This document shows positions 56,740 through 64,000 of a DNA stretch of 64,000 bases, one piece after another. Made by a program: the position numbers and the translations under genes. Source of the DNA: Octopus vulgaris (lineage: Eukaryota); the NCBI GenBank assembly GCA_951406725.2, contig OX597814.1:14570001-14634000 (forward strand), given 5' to 3'. Positions within the stretch are counted from its first letter, which is position 1, and every line of letters begins with the position of its first letter. Under the pieces are notes generated by a model. It searched no databases and was not told the DNA's origin. It was given only the letters and a program-made list of their open reading frames with translations.

Positions 56740-57003
56740 TTAGCAATGGAATTGGAGATAGGAAAGTGCGCTATATTGAAAATGAAACGAGGAAGATTTG
56801 AAAGAAGGAAGGGAATTGAAATGCCAAATGGGCAAACAATGAGAGCGGTTGAGAAAGGACAGTGGTATAAGTACTTGGGAATAATGGAAGCAGACAAAAT
56901 TTAAAAAATGAAGCAATGAAACAAATTAGCTGTAGTGAGTACACAAGGAAAGTAAAAAAAATTATTGCAGTCAAAGCTGAATTCCCAAAATGTTATCGAG
57001 GCA
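56740..57003 (+). mobile_element. R4/Dong-like RT/thumb fragment, left part (interrupted by RTE)
   Basis: LKMKRGRFERREGIEMPNGQTMRAVEKGQWYKYLGIMEAD...KLNSQNVIEA. Confidence 0.8.
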
Positions 57004-59058
57004 TCATCCAGTCAGGCTGATTGCCCGAGCCAGCCTGACTACCTTCTTCCATCCCTCCCGATCTTCCATTGGTGTTTTTAGGTCTTCAACTTGGCATCCA
57101 ACATCTGCAAGCTGCTGTGTATACGTCTTACTTGGTCTTCCAGCCGCTGTGGTACCATAATTTGGTGTCCACAGCAACACATTACTCCCAAGTTCTTTAC
57201 TTCTCCAGCAGCGGCCAGCAAACCTCAATCTCCGCTCTTGGATGGTTGATGAGAAAGTTGGTACATTCCCATATAACCGTTGTTTTGTTGGGTGCTCCAT
57301 CCAAGAAATGTTAAGCACTGCACGTAACATTTTGGTGTTCTCCATTTCAATTTGTGTTTGGAGGATTTCTTCCGACCACTCCATTTACTGTCTGCCAAGC
57401 TAAGAAAGACTTTGTTGTCTGCTGCATTTTTGATTTTGTCGGTTTGGCTTCGCTTTTCTATTTAAGTTTCTTTTCGTAGAATTCCTGTTGTGCTGTTTAT
57501 TTATTTCCTTTATGTTAATTCTTTTTGCGAGCACTGTGTCGCTTTTCCATAGGGTTCTTCGTTATACTTTTGGTCTCAAAGGGATGCATTTTTGAGAAGC
57601 CTCATAATGAGCTTGGACGAAGATGGGATATGTTGTGTTTGGTGTATGATCTTTGTTTTCATCTTGTCATGCAGCGAAGCGATTGACAAGATGCATTCGT
57701 GAAAATATTTCGCACTTTCTCGTTGAAAATCAGAATAGCCAAGTTGTAGGGCGGTCTTGAGCTTCCTTTTATCTTGTTTGTTAGGGGGATTACCTGAAGC
57801 TTAGATGTTACCACTCGATGTCCAGATGATACACCAAAGAAAGCATTGTATGCTTCACAGTTGTGGCGGCTGTTAATCCACTTTTTGTTCATGCTAAGAT
57901 AGTATATCTGAGCTTTGAATCCGTTTAGAGAAGTATGGGTCCACTTCTTTCCCGGTCTCTTCAGAAAATAAGTGTTCAGGCATTGAAGTTTGTTTTCTAC
58001 CAAGAAGTGCTCTAAGTGTTCTCCATTTCAGTTTGAGCTTTGATGGAACGAATTCTTATGATGGGGATTGTGATGAACTAATTGTGCCTTCATATCTCCG
58101 CCAATGATGAGGATGTTGTGTTTTGGTATAGATCATACAAGAGACGATAAATCATTGTAAACATTTATGACCTCTTGTTCATCGCTGACATTTGTTGGAC
58201 TCTAGCAGCAGGTTACAATAGTAGAAGGGTTACCGTTGAAATTAGCGACTATTATTTTCGACGTTATTTTTTCAATGCTGTTTAGTGATCTCAGGGTATG
58301 CGGGCTGAGTAATAATCCTACACTGCCGATGGTGCTATTAAAGGAATTTTTCCATGCAAGTACAGACATAAAAGTCCAGTTGTTATCGAGTACATGATGC
58401 TTTAAATCGTGATCATTATGGAATACACAGAAGATGTCAATATGAAAATTGATAGCCGATGCATCAAGTTCTGATATTTGAGACATAGTTTTCAAAGTTC
58501 TTACATTGAAAGTCGATACTTTAACAGGATGATTACATCTGACAAATTTCGATTTTGGTTCTGTAGCTGATTTATCGAACGCAAGTGCCTGAACCGGCGT
58601 CCCTGGTCGTGACCCTTGGTAGCCCGCGCGACGATCGATGTGGTATGAGTTTCTGGAATGATTTATATTCATGACTAGTCTTTCGATACTTCAGTATAAT
58701 CATCAGTGTAAGCCACGCCTATTGATGGTCGCAGTATTTCTCTGACTAAACTGGTTGACTTTGACCATTGATCTGTTTTGGTTTACTCTGCGCAGCATCT
58801 TGTGCACCTTACCGTTGACTAGGTTGACAGTTCTTCCGCCAATGTTTCACACCAGCTATGCTCTTCCCCATGCAGGTAACCAGAACCCCGTTTGCCGGTT
58901 TGGGTTCGACACCTACCAGCCCGCCTTGGGTGACCCTGCCAGATTACCGGAGGCGATCTTCCTGAGCAGGAAAAAGTCTCTTTCATCGGACGGTATAGCT
59001 TAATGAGGCAATCCCAGAATGTCACCACCACCACACGAGCTATGGGGTAGGAATTTGT
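57004..59058 (-). mobile_element. RTE-clade LINE, ~2.05 kb, with 5' UTR, APE endonuclease and C-terminus but no RT core
   Basis: APE motifs STFNVRTL, VGLLLS, IIGGDMKAQ, LNTYF..RPGKKWT, SGHRVV; C-terminus MLRAVLNISW...RRLRFAGRCWRS...GRPSKTY...DREGW. Confidence 0.9.
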
Positions 59059-59400
59059 GCAATAAATTCAAGAGCAGTAACCTTCAGCAGATATGGAGTT
59101 GGAATTATAGGCTGGACCCAAAACGATATAAAAAAAATTTGACAGAAAAACTAACAAGTTGGTGACTATGCGTGTAGCCGACCATCCGAATGCTGATATC
59201 AACCGGCTGTTATTGAGGAGAAACCAAGTTGGAAGAGGCTTAGTAGCAGCAGAAGAATGTGCACAGATGGAAAGAAAAAGCCTGGTAAAGTATTTAGAGA
59301 GCGGCACAGAAAAACCTCTAAAGGCAGTGAATAAAGAACGGGTGATAAAGTGCGTAATAGGAGAAAAGGACCAGAATGAAATAGAAAGGGAGCATGTCAG
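59059..59400 (+). mobile_element. R4/Dong-like fragment, right part (continues 56740-57003)
   Basis: AINSRAVTFSRYGVGIIGWTQNDIKKFDRKTNKLVTM...HPNADINRLLLRRNQVGRGL. Confidence 0.85.
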
Positions 59401-60049
59401 AGTACAATTCCGCGTGTGTGACCGTTATTTTTTTTTTTTTTTTGAAATTTATGTGTGCGTGAGAGAGAGAGAGATGGGGTGAGAGCATAGATTGTACATA
59501 TATAGCACATATAAATATGAGAACAAGCGTATCTATATGCATATGCGTTGTCATGAGGAATTAATCATCTGTAATGAGACCTTCGAAATATGTACCGCCA
59601 AAAGATGAGTCAGAGTTGATCACCTGCTCATATTGTCTACGAAGGTTACTACGTCCTGGATCAACTCCTCTTCGACATTTTTGATGGCTGAGTTACGAAT
59701 TTCTTCGACCCAAATAGTGTGACGTTATGTTATAGGCAGGTGTTTGATGCATAACTCAGCTTGCCTATTCATCTGTTTTCAATGAACTTACATTCCAAAA
59801 TTTTTACCGAGGACCAAATCAGCGGGGTAAAGTTTGGCTATTAAGAGGAATCTAGGAGAAATGAGGAAAATAAAGAGATATAAATCCTTGGGATTGATGT
59901 ACAGACTATATATACATGTATATATGTAATTAAGGAAAAGGCAAATACTGAAAATGTTCAGATGATAAATATTCAAGTATAAATATATGTGTGTGTATGT
60001 GTAGTTACACACACACACGCACACATATATATATATAGATATATATATA

Positions 60050-60405
60050 AATAGGTGAATGAATTATCCTATGTTTATCGTCAGCATGGAAAATTCGTTG
60101 AACCGAAACCAGGGTAGCAAATTCACGTCAGAAACAATGGTTGAAGCGACCTGTCCAAGGGTAGAAACTCCGGGTTCATGTGCAGAAATTTGTGTTGTAT
60201 ATGAATAAATGAAAGAATGGAGTTGAACGAAGATGTTAACAAAATTCCTTTACTCCCGACATATGTTTCGAAGACAACATAGTTTCATTCCAAAGGAATA
60301 AAAGGTGCATTATGCAATCTTCTCATCAGGAAAGAAAGGGAGCCTCTCTCGACAACAAGACAAACAAAAATTTCGATGACTGCCTACATGGTAAACAAAA
60401 CGACA
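60050..60405. mobile_element. Non-coding Penelope-like/retrozyme-like element between (TA)n tracts, with internal inversion
   Basis: Contains the hammerhead; two segments match 33682-33800 in opposite orientations. Confidence 0.55.
60247..60340 (-). ncRNA. Type I hammerhead ribozyme (intact core)
   Basis: CCCUUUCUUUC-CUGAUGA-GAAGA-[43 nt]-UCUUC-GAAA-CAUAUG-UC^GGGAGUAAAGG: full core, 5-bp stem II with G10.1-C11.1, palindromic stem III ACAUAUGU, GUC site, stem I CUUUC/GGGAG extended by CCUUU/AAAGG. Confidence 0.8.
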
Positions 60406-60417
60406 TATATATATATA

Positions 60418-60555
60418 TACCGGAGTAAACACATAAATGTGAAACAAGGTGTAAAAAAGAGTACTCAAATACCAGAGGTAGAGTAATATGCTTTATTTAA
60501 AAGCAGCAGAAATTCAACAAAACCTATTACTCGAAGTTTCACGTTCCCGTTCGAC

Positions 60556-60557
<2 letters not shown>
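60418..60557 (-). mobile_element. Penelope-like end fragment with damaged hammerhead-like motif
   Basis: Minus strand TGTCGA-ACG-GGAA-CGT-GAAA-CTTCGAG-TA at 60528-60556. Confidence 0.45.
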
Positions 60558-60805
<248 letters not shown>

Positions 60806-61333
60806 ATAGAGCATTCGTCCCCTGTTCTTGTTCTTACTCCACCTATACACAAGAACTGTAGTTGCATTGATTCTGCCGTTGCTATTGTTAATGTTTTGTC
60901 ATTGCAAAATGCGACGCCAAAATCGTTCTTATTAATATCAGAATCTGCAGAAACACCACTACTGTTTTTTATTTTGAAATGTATGTGATCTTTCAAAATT
61001 TTTGTCAACTTTTTTGGCGCTTTTTCACACTTTTTAAACTTTTGTGTGTGTGTGTTTTTTTTTTTTTATCAAAGTTTTCTTCTAAGAAACACGTTGCTAC
61101 TTTTCATCGACCTTTTTCTGTAGGTTGAACTAAACGTATTCAAAACTGTTTTTCTTTCGCTAAATTGAGCGAAAAAATATAATAAACTGCTCACCTTTCT
61201 TTGTAATCCTTCTGTACAATTTACCAAAAAAAAAAAATCAACTAAATGTAATCTAAATACATGAGGCCAGGACATGAAACAACAACAACAGTACCACCAT
61301 CATTGTCAATAATATCAGCAACTATAATAACGG

Positions 61334-61337
61334 TATT

Positions 61338-61408
<71 letters not shown>

Positions 61409-61423
61409 CATTATTACTATTAC

Positions 61424-61480
<57 letters not shown>

Positions 61481-61528
61481 CATTATTACTATTACTATTA
61501 TTATTATTATTATCATTATTACTATTAC

Positions 61529-61576
<48 letters not shown>

Positions 61577-61599
61577 CATTATTACTATTACTATTATTA

Positions 61600-61648
<49 letters not shown>

Positions 61649-61663
61649 CATTATTACTATTAC

Positions 61664-61714
<51 letters not shown>

Positions 61715-61729
61715 CATTATTACTATTAC

Positions 61730-61774
<45 letters not shown>

Positions 61775-61824
61775 CATTATTACTATTACTATTATTATTA
61801 TTATTATCATTAATAATAATGATA

Positions 61825-61890
<66 letters not shown>

Positions 61891-61915
61891 GTAATAGTAA
61901 TAATAATGATGATGA
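61334..61915. repeat. ~580-bp (TTA)n array with higher-order variant units and a strand flip to (TAA)n at ~61811
   Basis: Recurring TCA-TTA-TTA-CTA-TTA-CTA cassette; source of poly-L/I/N ORFs. Confidence 0.95.
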
Positions 61916-62939
61916 TTTTTATTAGCCACAATGACTCCATACAAACAAAATATTTTTCTTTATTTTTTTCTTTTTCGAATATTTATGAAGCGGGCTGTCA
62001 AACAGAATTCCATCAAGATATCTCGATAGAATCAATAGTGAAAGGAGTAAAAATGCAATAGTTTTATTTATGTTTTTTAGTTTTTTTATTTTGTTTTTTG
62101 TTTTCTTGCAATCACTAGCCTTAATGTAAAATGTAGGCGGTTTCGATCGTATTGATAATGTGATAAACTTTATGCAATGGCTTTATTGATGAAAAGAAAT
62201 GAAAATAAACACAGTTGGGGAATATATCCAAGTAGTGTTTGATAGATGACAGATTCTTCTATTTCGTGGCGTTCATTTCACATATTATTTCCGAATTTCT
62301 CTGTCTGTCCATCGCTCACATCGATCGCTTGGGCTTGTCTGGTTATTTGAATGCATTGTATATCGATTGGAAACAAATGGCGAAGTGACAGAAGCAGCAA
62401 CAAAACAAATGTTCGATTTCATTACGATGATCAAATTACAGTACATCATCAAACTCCTGCTTGTCTCTCTGTGTGATGGTATGTCTCAGAAAGGGACTGC
62501 GAATGAAATGGTAAAAGGAAAACAAACAGCAGAAGAGAGATGGCAGAGAGTGAGAAGAATTCGTGCGATTTCCGTGCATAATTTTAACGTTCTCTGTTAT
62601 ATACATTCGTGAAAATAAATCCATACGAATGTATAATAATATGGCATGAATATATGTGCGTGTGTGAGTGAATATATGCATGTTGGTAAACATGTGTGTG
62701 TGTGCGTGTCTGTGTGTGTATGTGTGTACATATCTATACATCTGTATAAACACACACATATATATATACATATATACATTTATATATACGTGTGTGTATG
62801 TATATATATGTATGTATGTATGTATGTATCTATGTATGTAGGTAGTAGGTCAAGTGTCCATCTGTTTTACAAGCCGATTATGTAGTCAAACGTGTGTTGG
62901 TGTGTGTGTGCGTGTGTGTGAGAGATATTCTGTGCGTAT

Positions 62940-63020
62940 GTAGTAGTAGTAGTAGCAGCAGTAATAGTAGTAGCATTAGTAGTAGTAGTAGTAGTAGTAG
63001 TAGTGATGGTGGTGGTGGTG

Positions 63021-63079
<59 letters not shown>
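62940..63079. repeat. (TAG)n/(GGT)n microsatellite
   Basis: Simple repeat. Confidence 0.92.
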
Positions 63080-63464
63080 TTTGATTACTTAAAAACACCA
63101 CCACCACCGCATAACGTTAATCTATTTCGAGCGAAAGAGTTCACAACTGTGTTTACTTATTTGCTGTTTGTGAACATTTGCGGCGTTTCCCCTCTTCTAA
63201 TAACATTAATTCAAATACATGAAGTGTTTGTCTGCGTCCTGCATTAAAGTAATAATCTACCATTCTACTGTGTCTATGAAATATAGCAACTCTGCATAGA
63301 ATTCGGATTGTGGATCAGATTGTTTAATTCATTAATTCATTTCATCTGCATTGGTCCACGAAGGCGGCAAATTAGCTAAAGAGAGCCAGCTTATAATGAT
63401 AAATCTCAGAGCGAGTTATAAACAGTAGCGGTAACACATCGTGACGCATATTTGCCATTTGAAT

Positions 63465-63650
63465 ATGGCTAACCCCTAAGGGTGGATGCTACTGTAGTTT
63501 GTAGCCCCAGGAAGATACCTCCCCCAGCTGGCTATAGACACACTTTCTGTGCCCTATCAGTATTTGTGAAGGGAAGTCATCCTTCCCGTCTTCAACTTAT
63601 GATACACACGGACTTGAGTTTCAAGGTATTTACCTATCATCAGCGTGTGA
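63465..63650. mobile_element. Possible LINE 5' UTR/terminal fragment
   Basis: GC-richer block GGCTAACCCCTAAGGGTGGATGCTACTGTAG...GCCCCAGG; resemblance only. Confidence 0.25.
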
Positions 63651-64000
63651 CAATCATAGTTGTCGACGAGAATAAGGTTTTGGGTGTAGTTGTTTGTGGT
63701 GAAATCGTTGTTGCTTCTTAGCTTTCGGTTAACTCTGACGACGGATATATGACCAAAGGCATTCCCGCTATCAGTATCTCATCTTTTCGTGGGTTATCTA
63801 CAGTTACCTTAGCTATTGTGTCTTCTGGTTACTTTATATATTGTGTCTGATTATATGAAAATTTTACTCCTATTTCTAGCAAGTAGAACAACCATTTAGA
63901 AACTTCCACTTATATGGATACAAAATATCGTTTCCTTTTTGTGGCTGTGTTGCTTTTACTTTGCTGTTAACTGTCAACATAAACAAAGGGCTTTAGATCG

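Noticed and set aside
62367-62612. 81-aa non-repetitive ORF as a possible host exon
   Set aside because: No recognisable domain, non-ATG start, no convincing splice context.

Overview
AT-rich eukaryotic non-coding DNA with no recognisable host exon. The repeat content (tRNA-derived SINEs with internal microsatellites, R4/Dong-type LINEs in (TAA)n, very dense (TA)n/(TAGA)n/(TATG)n tracts) resembles an octopus/coleoid cephalopod genome; this assignment is inference. The window is a mosaic of at least four SINE families, decayed non-LTR retrotransposons (R4/Dong-like, RTE-like, CR1-like), Tc1/mariner relics (DD37D maT, DD34D mariner), a piggyBac-type MITE, a Helitron-like element and many microsatellites. 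Nearly all listed ORFs are microsatellite or repeat artefacts. The best signal is an apparently intact type I hammerhead ribozyme on the minus strand (60247-60340) with an unusual branched stem II. About eight decayed hammerhead-like motifs occur elsewhere, several in inverted (fold-back) pairs, which suggests Penelope-like/retrozyme-like non-coding elements. All alignments and folds were done by eye.
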